A stretch of 64,000 nucleotides of DNA from an uncultured Actinomycetota bacterium (GTDB lineage: Bacteria > Actinomycetota > Actinomycetes > Prado026): NCBI GenBank assembly GCA_963771835.1, contig CAVYVA010000001.1, positions 113,047 through 177,046 on the forward strand. The letters are read 5' to 3'. A program made the position numbers and the translations under genes. Of this stretch, positions 54,350 through 63,249 are shown in pieces (the stretch's first letter is position 1; the number at the start of each line of letters is the position of its first letter). The notes under the pieces were generated by a model that was not told the DNA's origin, did no database searches, and saw nothing but the letters and a program-made list of their open reading frames with translations.

Positions 54350-55090
54350 ATGTGGCCCATGGGATGGGAGGCACTCGAGCAGTGGGGTGACGACGTCGCT
54401 CGCATCGAACCCCTCGCTGGCGGAGTCGCCAACCAGGTGTGGAGCGTGCGGGTCAACGGGCAGCTCGCGGTCGGTCGTCTTGGCGCCCGCAGCGACGCTG
54501 ATCTCGCGTGGGAGACCGACCTGCTGCGACATCTCGACCGTGAAGGGCTGACGGTGCCGGTACCGATCTCGACGACGGACGGCCGGCTGTTCGCCGACGG
54601 TCTGGTGGTGATGACCTACGTGGTGGGCGGACGGCCCGAGACGGAGGCCGACTGGCGTCGCGTCGCCGACACGCTCCGCCAGCTGCATCGGTTGACGCAG
54701 GGCTGGCCGCAGCGCCCGGGCTGGCGATCGTCCACCGACCTCTTGCACGCCGAGACCGGGACGAAGATCGACCTCGGCGCAATGCCGCCTGAGGGCGTTG
54801 CTCGATGCCGAGCAGCGTGGGCGCGGCTCACCGGACGTCAGACATGCGTCGTCCACGGCGACACCAACCCGGGCAACATCCGCATGACCGCCGATCGGGT
54901 CGCGATGATCGACTGGGACGAGTCGCACGTAGACGTCCCCGACCTCGACCTGGTGCTACCCCACAACGCCGCCTGTCTCGACGACGGCGCGCACGACATC
55001 GCCGCGCAAGCGTCGGCCGCATGGGAGGCCGCCGTCTGCTGGGACGACGAGTACGCGGTCAGGCGGCTCGCCGAGGTTCGAGCGGTCTGA
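54350..55090 (+). CDS. aminoglycoside-phosphotransferase (APH)/choline-kinase-like phosphotransferase family protein
   Basis: Brenner motif VVHGDTNPGNI and D-x-D/E Mg-binding (IDWDES); N-terminal nucleotide-binding lobe (QVWSVRVNGQLAVGRLG). Confidence 0.7.
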   Translation: MWPMGWEALEQWGDDVARIEPLAGGVANQVWSVRVNGQLAVGRLGARSDADLAWETDLLRHLDREGLTVPVPISTTDGRLFADGLVVMTYVVGGRPETEADWRRVADTLRQLHRLTQGWPQRPGWRSSTDLLHAETGTKIDLGAMPPEGVARCRAAWARLTGRQTCVVHGDTNPGNIRMTADRVAMIDWDESHVDVPDLDLVLPHNAACLDDGAHDIAAQASAAWEAAVCWDDEYAVRRLAEVRAV

Positions 55091-55176
55091 GCAGAAGAGT
55101 GGAGACCAGGGCTCCACTGAGCCGTTGCCGGGTCACGCACGAAACCGACGGAGGTGGACGCCTGGGCGCGGCCCCG

Positions 55177-55581
55177 CTAGTTCGGCTCTTCGATGGTGAT
55201 GTCACTGCCGTGAACCGTCAGCGCCCAGACAACGAAGACAGACGACGTGATGAAGATAACCCCCCAGATCGGGTACATCGGCAGCCAGGCGAACCCGATC
55301 AGTCCGCTGGCCACCGCCAGAATCACACCGACGATCCTGGCCCACAGCGCTCCCACGAAGAGCGCGCCGCTCGCCACCACGACGAGGATCCCGAGCAACA
55401 GGTGGATCCAGCCCCACGTGGTGATGTCGAACTTGAAGACGTACTTGGGAGTCTTCACGAAGATGTCGTCCTTGAGGATCCCGGTAAGTCCGGCGAAGAA
55501 CCACCACCAGCCCAGCATGAACATCATGAATGCCGCAAAGAAGGTCCATCCCAGGGCCGCGCCACTTCGGTTTCGCGCCAT
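55177..55581 (-). CDS. small integral membrane protein (Trp-rich, 4 TM)
   Basis: MARNRSGAALGWTFFAAFMMFMLGWWWFFAGLTGIL...; hydrophobic throughout; local GC ~57%. Confidence 0.45.
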   Translation of the reverse strand: MARNRSGAALGWTFFAAFMMFMLGWWWFFAGLTGILKDDIFVKTPKYVFKFDITTWGWIHLLLGILVVVASGALFVGALWARIVGVILAVASGLIGFAWLPMYPIWGVIFITSSVFVVWALTVHGSDITIEEPN

Positions 55582-55857
55582 GCCATCCTCCCTTGACGAT
55601 CCGGCGAAACAGGGACCATGAGCCGCCGCCGCTGGTGCAGCAGATCGACTCTCAGGGACGAGAATAGGGCCAGCACTCGCAAGCAATGCCAGTTCGACGC
55701 GCCCTGGAACGGCACCTACGGGCTGCGGAACCGCACCGAATGCCGGATGTGGTCAGCCCGCAACCGGCACCTATGTTCGGTCCGGGCAACGCGCAAGATC
55801 GTCAGCCACCTCGGCGCCGAGACCCATACGGGCAGCCAGAACTTCCACAACAGGTCA

Positions 55858-55874
55858 GAGCAGACAGTCTGCTC
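55858..55874. other. perfect palindrome GAGCAGAC-a-GTCTGCTC in 330-bp intergenic region
   Basis: Read from sequence; 8-bp arms, 1-nt centre; downstream of acyltransferase fragment stop, upstream of membrane-protein gene. Confidence 0.3.
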
Positions 55875-55911
55875 AGTCGTGTCCGCTTGCAGTGGCATCC
55901 GGCGCGACCGT

Positions 55912-56712
55912 TCACATCATTCGCGGTAGTCCCAGACCAGCTGGATCGAAGATGTGACGGCCGGACATACCAGGTCTACGCGAAAGTTGAGCCCGCATCG
56001 GACGCTCGACGAACCGGAAGCTCGCCTCGGCCAGCACGACGAACATGGCAATCCAGGCGATATCACCGACTACCGTATGTCCGAGCGTAGCGAGTATCGC
56101 GATTCGCGCGAGGACATTCCAGAGATAGATCGAGTACGACCGCTCGCCCAGCCACCGCATTGGGCCGCTTGCCAACAGCGATCCAACTGCAGATCGTGGC
56201 CAAGTCACGACGCCGATCAATGTCACGAGCGTCAGTCCGGTTCCTGCGACGATCACCAGAGAGCTACGATCGGTGTCGTTTCGATATGCCAGGACGGGCA
56301 GGAGGGCAACGGTTATCAGCGCACAGGGCGCAAGATACTGAACTGTCCGGGGCAGCCAACCGTTGTGAACGACTATCGCCAGCAATGAGCCGACCAGGAT
56401 GGGCAGCGCATTTGTGTCGCTCCCGAAATACTCGTGCTGATCGAAGACCACCTCTCGACTCAGGCCGAGGTAGAGGTCAAGCGCCAGGGTGATCCCGATG
56501 AACGACACGGTGAGTGCGGCGAACAGCCGAGGATTGCGGCGATAGCCCCAGAGCAGCACGAACGGCCACAACAAGTAGAACTGCTCCTCGACCGAGAGCG
56601 TCCATGTGTAGTTGAAGTAGTCCTTGGTGGCGAAGGAGTGGCCAGTCCAGTCAAAGAGGTTTGTTCCATATGCAACGGCTGCGCCGGCGGGTGCGAAGAT
56701 CTGCTCCAGCAT
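55912..56712 (-). pseudogene. acyltransferase family 3 (O-acyltransferase, OafA/OpgC-like) gene lacking its N-terminal ~100-130 residues
   Basis: Begins inside the conserved TWTLSVEEQFYLLWPFVLL (HTWSLxVEEQFY) motif region, with no upstream in-frame sequence resembling the first two TM helices or the conserved LDGLRAIA start. Upstream in-frame translation (to 57084) is non-homologous and Arg/Pro-rich. GC ~56%. Confidence 0.5.
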
Positions 56713-57114
56713 CACGCCCGTCGGGTCCCGCGGTGAGTGTCCGGCGGGGACATCAACCAGGTCCCCGGGCAGCGGGCTGGAGGCCGACGCGCAGTCGCTC
56801 ACCGGGGCGCCACCGTCCTGCCGTGAGCCATAGCCCCTCCGCCGTCTGCGCAGGCCACGCACTATTCTCGTCCGAGAGGGGTCGCGACGATGACATCGTC
56901 GGCAGAGTGGTTTCACCCGGGGCGCATGGCCCCGGCATGTCGAGCTGCGAAACGCACCCAATGCGCATGGCGATGGTGGCGAGCTGGTCGACGGAGGACG
57001 CATGAGGACGCCCCCCACCTTCCCGGCTTCCTGAAGTAGGCCGCCCGAGCGCTGGTCGGGCCCGCAGGCTCCTGCTGGCACCACGGCCGTCTGGCGTCGT
57101 GGGCGACTCCGGTC

Positions 57115-57933
57115 TCAGGGCAGCTGCCGCACCAGCACCCGGGCGAGCTCGGCCGCGTGCGTGAGCGGCATCATGTGGCCGGCCCCCTCGATGACGCTGT
57201 GACGGGCGTGCTGGACACCCCTGAGGACCGCCGCGCAGATGGCCCGGTCCACGACCGACGCCGCGGATCCCTCGATGACGTGCACCGGCAGGGCCACCGA
57301 CGCCAGCGAGCCTGCGGTGACGGGCGCGTCGAAGAGCACGTCCCAGAGGTCTCCTCGCGCGCGTTGCTCCTCGAGGAACGCGTCACGCCGGGCGGCGGGC
57401 CACGCTGCAAAGGACCCCCGCCCGTTGTAGAAGTCGATGAATCCCTCGAACGCCGCGTACCAGTCACCCACCCGGACACGCCCGCGCCACTGTTCGCGCA
57501 GGTTCCGGATCGTCGTGTACGCCGGCCCGTCCTCGGCCGTGAGCAACGAGTACGCCTCCGGCTCGACCACGGCCACGGAGACCAGCGCCGCCGGCTTGGT
57601 GGCGGCCACGTGCAGTGCGGTCGCCCCACCCCACGAGAATCCAACGAGGTGAATGGGCTCGCCGACGTGGCTCACGACCGAGTGGACCTGGTCGGCATAG
57701 TCGTCGAGGGTGCGATGTCCCGGAAGGCCAGGGCCACTGCCGCCCCGGAAGGCATCCATGGCGATCAGGCGGTAACCCGTCGGCCAGACCGAGAAGACAT
57801 CCCACCACTCGCCGGCGCTGCCCACCCCGCTGTGCAGGAACACCACCGGCGTGCCGGCGCCCCGCTCGACGATCTTGACGGTGCCGTCGCGTCGTGTGCG
57901 CAGCACGGCCTTCAGAGAGTCGGCCACCGGCAC
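57115..57933 (-). CDS. alpha/beta-fold hydrolase
   Basis: VVFLHSGVGSAGEW; nucleophile elbow GFSWGG; C-terminal GAGHMMPLTHAAEL (His of triad). Confidence 0.8.
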   Translation of the reverse strand: MPVADSLKAVLRTRRDGTVKIVERGAGTPVVFLHSGVGSAGEWWDVFSVWPTGYRLIAMDAFRGGSGPGLPGHRTLDDYADQVHSVVSHVGEPIHLVGFSWGGATALHVAATKPAALVSVAVVEPEAYSLLTAEDGPAYTTIRNLREQWRGRVRVGDWYAAFEGFIDFYNGRGSFAAWPAARRDAFLEEQRARGDLWDVLFDAPVTAGSLASVALPVHVIEGSAASVVDRAICAAVLRGVQHARHSVIEGAGHMMPLTHAAELARVLVRQLP

Positions 57934-57942
57934 ATCCTGCTG

Positions 57943-58396
57943 CTACTCCCGCTCGATCGTCCGCAGACCCCGGGACGGCGTCCACCACTCGACCACGAGG
58001 AGGGTGGCCGTGTCGTTGAGGTGGGTGTGCACGACCTCGGCGATGTCGGCGCGGAACAGCTCACCCTCGGCATCGGCCGCCGGACCGTCGAGGATCGCTC
58101 GGCCGGCGATCTTCGCCTCGCCGGGCCACCGCGCCCGGGCCTCCTCGACCGGGTCGACCGTGGCGCTATGAAGGGCGAATCGCGGGTCGCGACGCAGGTC
58201 CGCGCCCTTGCGGGCGTTCGGCATCGAGCCGAAGATCAGCTCGCCGTTCTCGAATCGTGTCTCGATCCCCGAGATCCGCGGCGAGCCGTCGGCTCGCAGG
58301 GTGGCAATCGTCTTGTGCGGATGTGCGTCGAACAGTGCACGTACTCGATGAGCGAAGGCGGGCTCCGAGCGCTCGACCGCTTGCCATGTCACCACC
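57943..58396 (-). CDS. pyridoxamine 5'-phosphate oxidase-family (PPOX class, possibly F420-dependent) protein
   Basis: ~150-aa split-barrel: ATLRADGSPRISGIETRFENGELIFGSMPNARKGADLRRDPRFALH. Confidence 0.6.
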
Positions 58397-58578
58397 CTGT
58401 CATCATCCCGCAGTCCTGGTGACGCTCTGTGCAGGCGCCTCGGCGAACGGCGACGGACGGCGTCACGCTGGGTGAGCGGAATGCTGCGTTGCGGGATTAG
58501 GCCGTTCGGCCCATTCACGTCGACCGTGGCGGTTCGCCACGGTTGGGCCTTCGTCGTCGGTGCGGGAAGCAGGCTGTC

Positions 58579-59304
58579 ATGATCCGTCGTGGTCTGGTCG
58601 CTGTGGTCGTGACGTCGGTGTGCGCCGTCGTGCTCGGGCCGGTCGGATCCGCTCGCGCGGCCACCGTCGTCGCGCTGTGGAACATGAATGAACCACCCGG
58701 GGCGAAGGTGCTGGTGGACAGCTCGGCCAACCACATCAACGGCACGATCGGAACCTCGATCACCCTGAACGGTGCCGTCCACTCGTTCCCGCAGGTCCAG
58801 CGCGGCTTCAACAACGCGACGTTCGACCCGCAGCACCTGGATGTCGTCAACGACCCGCGCACGAACCCGGGCACGTCGGACTTCACCGTGACGGCCAGGA
58901 TCAAGATCGCCAAGCCTTCCGACGCGTTCGGCAACGTCATGCAGAAGGGCCAGTCCGGATCGCTCACCGGCTTCTGGAAGATCGAGCTCGACGGGCCCAC
59001 GCGCGGGCTGGTGTTCTGCGGCTTCACGTCCATCGTCAACGGAGTCACCACCGCGGGCGGGATCCGCAGCCCGATCAACGTCGCGGACAACCAGTGGCAC
59101 GTGGTGACCTGCGAGCGCGGGCCGGGCTTCGTGTCCACCACGGTTGACGGACACACGACCAAGCAGATGCACGCGGTCGGCAACGTCGTCAACAACGTGC
59201 CGCTCACCATCGGCGGCAAGGGCAACTGCACCGCGGCGACTCTGCACCACGACTGCGACTACTTCGAGGGTCAGATCGACTACGTCCAGATCCAGACCGG
59301 ATGA
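58579..59304 (+). CDS. secreted concanavalin-A-like lectin/LamG-domain protein
   Basis: Signal peptide MIRRGLVAVVVTSVCAVVLGPVGSARAA; LamG-like features (DFTVTARIKI...GNVMQKG...WHVVTCER...VDG) and terminal Cys pair. Confidence 0.5.
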   Translation: MIRRGLVAVVVTSVCAVVLGPVGSARAATVVALWNMNEPPGAKVLVDSSANHINGTIGTSITLNGAVHSFPQVQRGFNNATFDPQHLDVVNDPRTNPGTSDFTVTARIKIAKPSDAFGNVMQKGQSGSLTGFWKIELDGPTRGLVFCGFTSIVNGVTTAGGIRSPINVADNQWHVVTCERGPGFVSTTVDGHTTKQMHAVGNVVNNVPLTIGGKGNCTAATLHHDCDYFEGQIDYVQIQTG

Positions 59305-59310
59305 TCCCGG

Positions 59311-60120
59311 TCAGCGTTGCTGGAACAGTGCATCGGGGTTCGGCAGATCGTTGAAGTGGGTGAAGGTCCCAGCGTCTGCGATCTCCTGGGCAGCCTGCCG
59401 GAAGCTGGACCAGGCCACGCGGGCGAGCGTGCCCCCCACGCTGATCCGGCGCACTCCCAGCGCTGCAGCCTCGGCGACGGTGATGAACGGGGTGTGGACC
59501 AGCAGGTTCACCGGCTTGGGTGCCACCGCGGCCACGATGGCCGAGACCTGTTCAACGGTGTCGATCCGCGGGGCGTAGAGGCAGTCCGCGCCGGCCTCTG
59601 CGTAGGCACGCAGCCGTAGGATCGTGTCGTCGATGTCAGGGTGGCCGATAACGAACCCTTCTGAGCGGCCGGTGAGCAGGACGCCGCGGCCGGTCTCGTC
59701 GATCGCTGCACGCGCCGCGCGCACCCGTTCGACCGCCAGCTCGAGCGAGAGCAGTGGGTCAGCCTCGTCGTCGGTGGAGTCCTCGATCGACAGTCCCGCG
59801 ATGCCGGTCGCCGCAGCACGCTTCACGTTTGCGCCGACCTGCTCCGGGTCGACCGCGTAACCGCCCTCGAAGTCGGCGCTCACCGGCAGCGAGACTGCGT
59901 CGACCACGCTGCTCAGATGCTCCAGCATCTCTTCCAGCCCGACGCCCTTGTCGGCCCGACCCAGCGTCCAGGCGAAGCCGGCGCTCGTTGTCGCCAGCGC
60001 CCGGAAACCCATCTGCTCCAGGGCCAGCGCACTGCCGACGTCCCACGGGTTCGGCATGACGAAGCAACCCGAGGAGTGCAGACGGTGGAACTCAGCGACC
60101 CGCTCGTCCTGCACGCTCAT
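59311..60120 (-). CDS. isocitrate lyase/PEP mutase family protein (2-methylisocitrate lyase / carboxyvinyl-carboxyphosphonate phosphorylmutase-like)
   Basis: FHRLHSSGCFVMPNPWDVGSALALEQMGFRALATTSAG...GLSIEDS...GADCLYAP (ICL/PEPM family signature regions). Confidence 0.8.
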   Translation of the reverse strand: MSVQDERVAEFHRLHSSGCFVMPNPWDVGSALALEQMGFRALATTSAGFAWTLGRADKGVGLEEMLEHLSSVVDAVSLPVSADFEGGYAVDPEQVGANVKRAAATGIAGLSIEDSTDDEADPLLSLELAVERVRAARAAIDETGRGVLLTGRSEGFVIGHPDIDDTILRLRAYAEAGADCLYAPRIDTVEQVSAIVAAVAPKPVNLLVHTPFITVAEAAALGVRRISVGGTLARVAWSSFRQAAQEIADAGTFTHFNDLPNPDALFQQR

Positions 60121-60187
60121 GGCGTACCTCCTCGGTGGTGGCTCAGGCGGCGAAGATGACGTGCCACATACTGACGGATCGGGGGCG

Positions 60188-60661
60188 CTAGTCCGTGTGC
60201 AGGATGGTCTCCTCGATTTGGCTTCTCCGGCCGGGTGCAAACGAGATCTCGGTTCCGACGATCGTGAAACCCGCCTTCTGGAGGACCCTGAGCGAGGCGA
60301 TGTTGTCGCTGGCCGCGCGGGCGTGCAGCGGCCGGGTGGGGACCAGGTCCATGAGCAGCTCAAGCGCTCGGCTCGCGATGCCGCGTCCCCATGCTGCGCG
60401 GTCGATCCAGTAGGTGACCTCGGTTTCGCCATCGACGACGAAGGAGCCAACGCTGCCGACGAGCTGGCCGTCGCAAACGACCGCGCGCAGTGTGGTGTCG
60501 GGCGAGGATCTCACCTTGGCCATGTGCGCCTCGAATGCGCTCTTGTCGTCGGGGTCGTCGGGGGTGAACGCGGCCATCCAGACCGACTCGGGGTCGCGCA
60601 TCTGGTCGAACAGCGCGTCGAGGTCAGCGTCGGCGACCGGCCTTAGCGCGATGTCTGGCAT
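60188..60661 (-). CDS. GNAT family N-acetyltransferase
   Basis: Motif A region VGSVGSF...WIDRAAWGRGIASRALELL; 157 aa. Confidence 0.8.
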   Translation of the reverse strand: MPDIALRPVADADLDALFDQMRDPESVWMAAFTPDDPDDKSAFEAHMAKVRSSPDTTLRAVVCDGQLVGSVGSFVVDGETEVTYWIDRAAWGRGIASRALELLMDLVPTRPLHARAASDNIASLRVLQKAGFTIVGTEISFAPGRRSQIEETILHTD

Positions 60662-60799
60662 GTCTCTTCCCTGCTTCCCGTGGGCCGCGAAACAATAGTG
60701 CAGGCAGGTCGGTGCGCGCGCGACAGAGTCTCGTGGCCGATCCTGAGCTCCGTCATCGTGTGTGCCCTGGCCGGGGCGGCCGTGGGTATCGTCGTCAGC

Positions 60800-61168
60800 A
60801 TGGAACGAGTCCTTGGGATCGGGGGCTACTTCTTCCGGGCCGAAGACCCCGAGGCCCTTGCCGCCTGGTACGAGGTCAACCTCGGCATCGCGAGCATGAG
60901 CACTGGTTGGTCATGGGAGCAGGAAGCGGGGCCGACCGTTTTCGCCCCCTTCCCCGCCGACACCGACTACTTCGGGCGCAGAGACCAACAGGTCATGCTC
61001 AACTTCCGAGTGGCCAACCTCGACGCCATGCTCACCCAGCTACGAGCGGCTGGAGCCTCGGTCGAGGACGAGACCTCCGAGGCGAGCTACGGGCGGTTCG
61101 GTCACGCCGTTGATCCTGAAGGCAACCGTTTCGAGCTCTGGGAACCCTCGCAGACCCCCGGAACCTAG
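60800..61168 (+). CDS. VOC (glyoxalase/bleomycin-resistance/dioxygenase) family protein
   Basis: LGIGGYFFRAEDPEALAAWY...GHAVDPEGNRFELWE typical paired beta-alpha-beta-beta-beta module ends. Confidence 0.65.
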   Translation: MERVLGIGGYFFRAEDPEALAAWYEVNLGIASMSTGWSWEQEAGPTVFAPFPADTDYFGRRDQQVMLNFRVANLDAMLTQLRAAGASVEDETSEASYGRFGHAVDPEGNRFELWEPSQTPGT

Positions 61169-61170
61169 TG

Positions 61171-62529
61171 TCAGCCGGTCACGGCGTACAGGTGCCAGCG
61201 GTCAGGCACGCCCTTGAGCTCGTGCTCGCCGGCCTCCCTGAAGGTCAGTCCGGAGCCGGCGACCAGGTCTTTGACCGTCTGCGAAGTCAGCACCTGGGAG
61301 GGCGCCGCCAGCGCCGAGATCCGCGCACCGGTCGCAACGGCGATCCCGCCGATCTTGCCGTCGATCACCTCGCACTCTCCGGTGTGCACCCCGGCGCGGA
61401 TCTCGATGCCCAGATCGCGAACCCGCGCGATGATCTCCAGGGCGCAGCGGATCGCTCGGGCCGGCCCGTCGAAGGTCACGTAGAAGCCGTCGCCGGCGGT
61501 GTCCTGCTCGACCCCTCGCCATTGCGCCACAGCTCCACGGACCAGCGCGTGGTGTTGCTCGACCAGCTCTTTCCACCCTTGGTCACCGAGAGCCGCCTGC
61601 CGTTGGGTGGAACCGACGATGTCGGTGAACAGCACCGAAGCCAGCGTCGAGTCGAGCCCGGGGCGCGCTGAGTGCGTCCCCTCGACGAATCGTTGGACCG
61701 CTTCCAGCCGCGGCCGGATGTATGACTCCATGGTCTCGCTGGTTGGCCACTCGTCACCTGGGACGACGACCACCTCCGCCGCCGGCATCGAGGCGGCGAC
61801 GTAGCTCGCCGTGTCCAGGGCCCAGCGTTCGGACGAGTCGACCATCAGCAGGGTCGGTGTCCGGACCGAGGGAAGCACTGCGCGGAGATCCGTGTCCCAC
61901 CACACCTTGGTGAAAGCGTGGACCACTTCGGGGGTGCAGGTGTTCCTGCTGGCCTTGGCCACTGCAAGGATCTCGACCTCGGGCGGCCGAAGCCCGTCCT
62001 CGCCCGCGAATTGGTCGGCCCAAGCCTGCCCATACTCGGCAGTGCCCCAGTGCTCCAGCCCGCGCAGCTCCTCCTCGATTTGTGCTGGACCCCACCCCCA
62101 CGGGTAGTCCGGCGCCCAGGTCGTACGCGGAGTCGGGTTCCACCAGACCAGGCCGCGCACCCGGTCCGGGTGGGTCGCGGCGAGAAGCACACCCGGAGCC
62201 AGTCCGCCGAACTGTCCGGCGATCACGGTGCTCCGCGACCCGACGTGGTCGAGCACGACGCGCAGATCGGCGGTCTGCGTCTCCAGGTTGGGCGGGTTGG
62301 TGTTGCGAGTCGACAGACCGGTCCCACGACGGTCGTGCAAGATCACCCGACCTAAGGAGGCCAGAGCGTCGTACCACGCGGCGCCCATCGGACTGTCCCA
62401 GGCGCAGTCCAAGTTCCCGAAGAAGTCGAACTGCCAGGCAATGTCGACCGGGCCGGCGCCGACCACCGCGTAGGCGATGTAGGTCCCGTCCGGGGTCCGC
62501 ACGTATCGCGGGTCGGGAGTCGTCACGGC
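61171..62529 (-). CDS. alpha/beta-hydrolase domain fused to class III adenylate/guanylate cyclase domain
   Basis: N-terminal hydrolase fold (RTPDGTYIAYAVVGAGPVDIAW...VIAGQFGG). The C-terminal domain (SVLFTDIVGSTQRQAALGDQGWKELVEQHHALV...GDGFYVTFDGPARAIRCALEIIARVRDLGIEIRAGVHTGE) carries the conserved class III cyclase metal-binding Asp. Same architecture as mycobacterial LipJ/Rv1900c. Confidence 0.8.
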   Translation of the reverse strand, partial: AVTTPDPRYVRTPDGTYIAYAVVGAGPVDIAWQFDFFGNLDCAWDSPMGAAWYDALASLGRVILHDRRGTGLSTRNTNPPNLETQTADLRVVLDHVGSRSTVIAGQFGGLAPGVLLAATHPDRVRGLVWWNPTPRTTWAPDYPWGWGPAQIEEELRGLEHWGTAEYGQAWADQFAGEDGLRPPEVEILAVAKASRNTCTPEVVHAFTKVWWDTDLRAVLPSVRTPTLLMVDSSERWALDTASYVAASMPAAEVVVVPGDEWPTSETMESYIRPRLEAVQRFVEGTHSARPGLDSTLASVLFTDIVGSTQRQAALGDQGWKELVEQHHALVRGAVAQWRGVEQDTAGDGFYVTFDGPARAIRCALEIIARVRDLGIEIRAGVHTGECEVIDGKIGGIAVATGARISALAAPSQVLTSQTVKDLVAGSGLTFREAGEHELKGVPDRWHLYAVTG

Positions 62530-62707
62530 CACATGCTCTGCCCCCGGCCACGGCGCCGACAACACAAATCGCAATCTGCACGCTCGGACCACCCGCCCGG
62601 CCGAGGACCTTCTCCTCTTACCGCCGCCGGTGCGGCTGCGGAGACTGGGGTGGTCCCACCGCTCGACCGGCTCATCGAACCGGTCCATCGAGGACTGGAG
62701 GCGCATC

Positions 62708-63193
62708 ATGACCACGACTGCGACCGCGTCGACCACCCGCCCTGTTCATGCGGATGAACGAGGGCAGGGGCATCGAAGCTTCGGCATGAGAAACCCAGGA
62801 GTCACACTCTCGACTCTTTGGGTCTTCGTCATGTTCAACTACCTCTACTGTGACCTGTTGGGATTGATGGACAGCAGGTTCCTGAAGGAGTACCTGACCG
62901 GACATGTGAACGGAATGGACGTCACGCAAGGGTTTCTGCTTGGTGCCGCCGTTCTGATGGAGATCCCCATCGCCATGATCGTCCTGTCCAGGGTGTTGAA
63001 GCCCAGGACGAGCCGCCGCGCCAACATCGCCGCCGGTTCGGTCATGACCGTCGTCCAGATCGCGTCGCTGTTCGTCGGCGGCCTGACCATGTACTACGCA
63101 TTCTTCAGTGTCGTTGAGATCGCGTGCACGTCATTCATCGTCTGGTATGCATGGAGATGGCGTGTCCCCGAGGTTCGTGCGGCGACCGATTGA
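62708..63193 (+). CDS. integral membrane protein (DUF-type, 4 TM)
   Basis: LSTLWVFVMFNYLYCDLLGLMD...MEIPIAMIVLSRVL...VMTVVQIASLFVGGLTMYYAFFSVVEIACTSFIVWYAW; start codon uncertain. Confidence 0.45.
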   Translation: MTTTATASTTRPVHADERGQGHRSFGMRNPGVTLSTLWVFVMFNYLYCDLLGLMDSRFLKEYLTGHVNGMDVTQGFLLGAAVLMEIPIAMIVLSRVLKPRTSRRANIAAGSVMTVVQIASLFVGGLTMYYAFFSVVEIACTSFIVWYAWRWRVPEVRAATD

Positions 63194-63249
63194 GGGCCAC
63201 CGCGGCCAACCGCACTCATAGTCAGGATGCCGCTCGTAGAGACTGGTCG

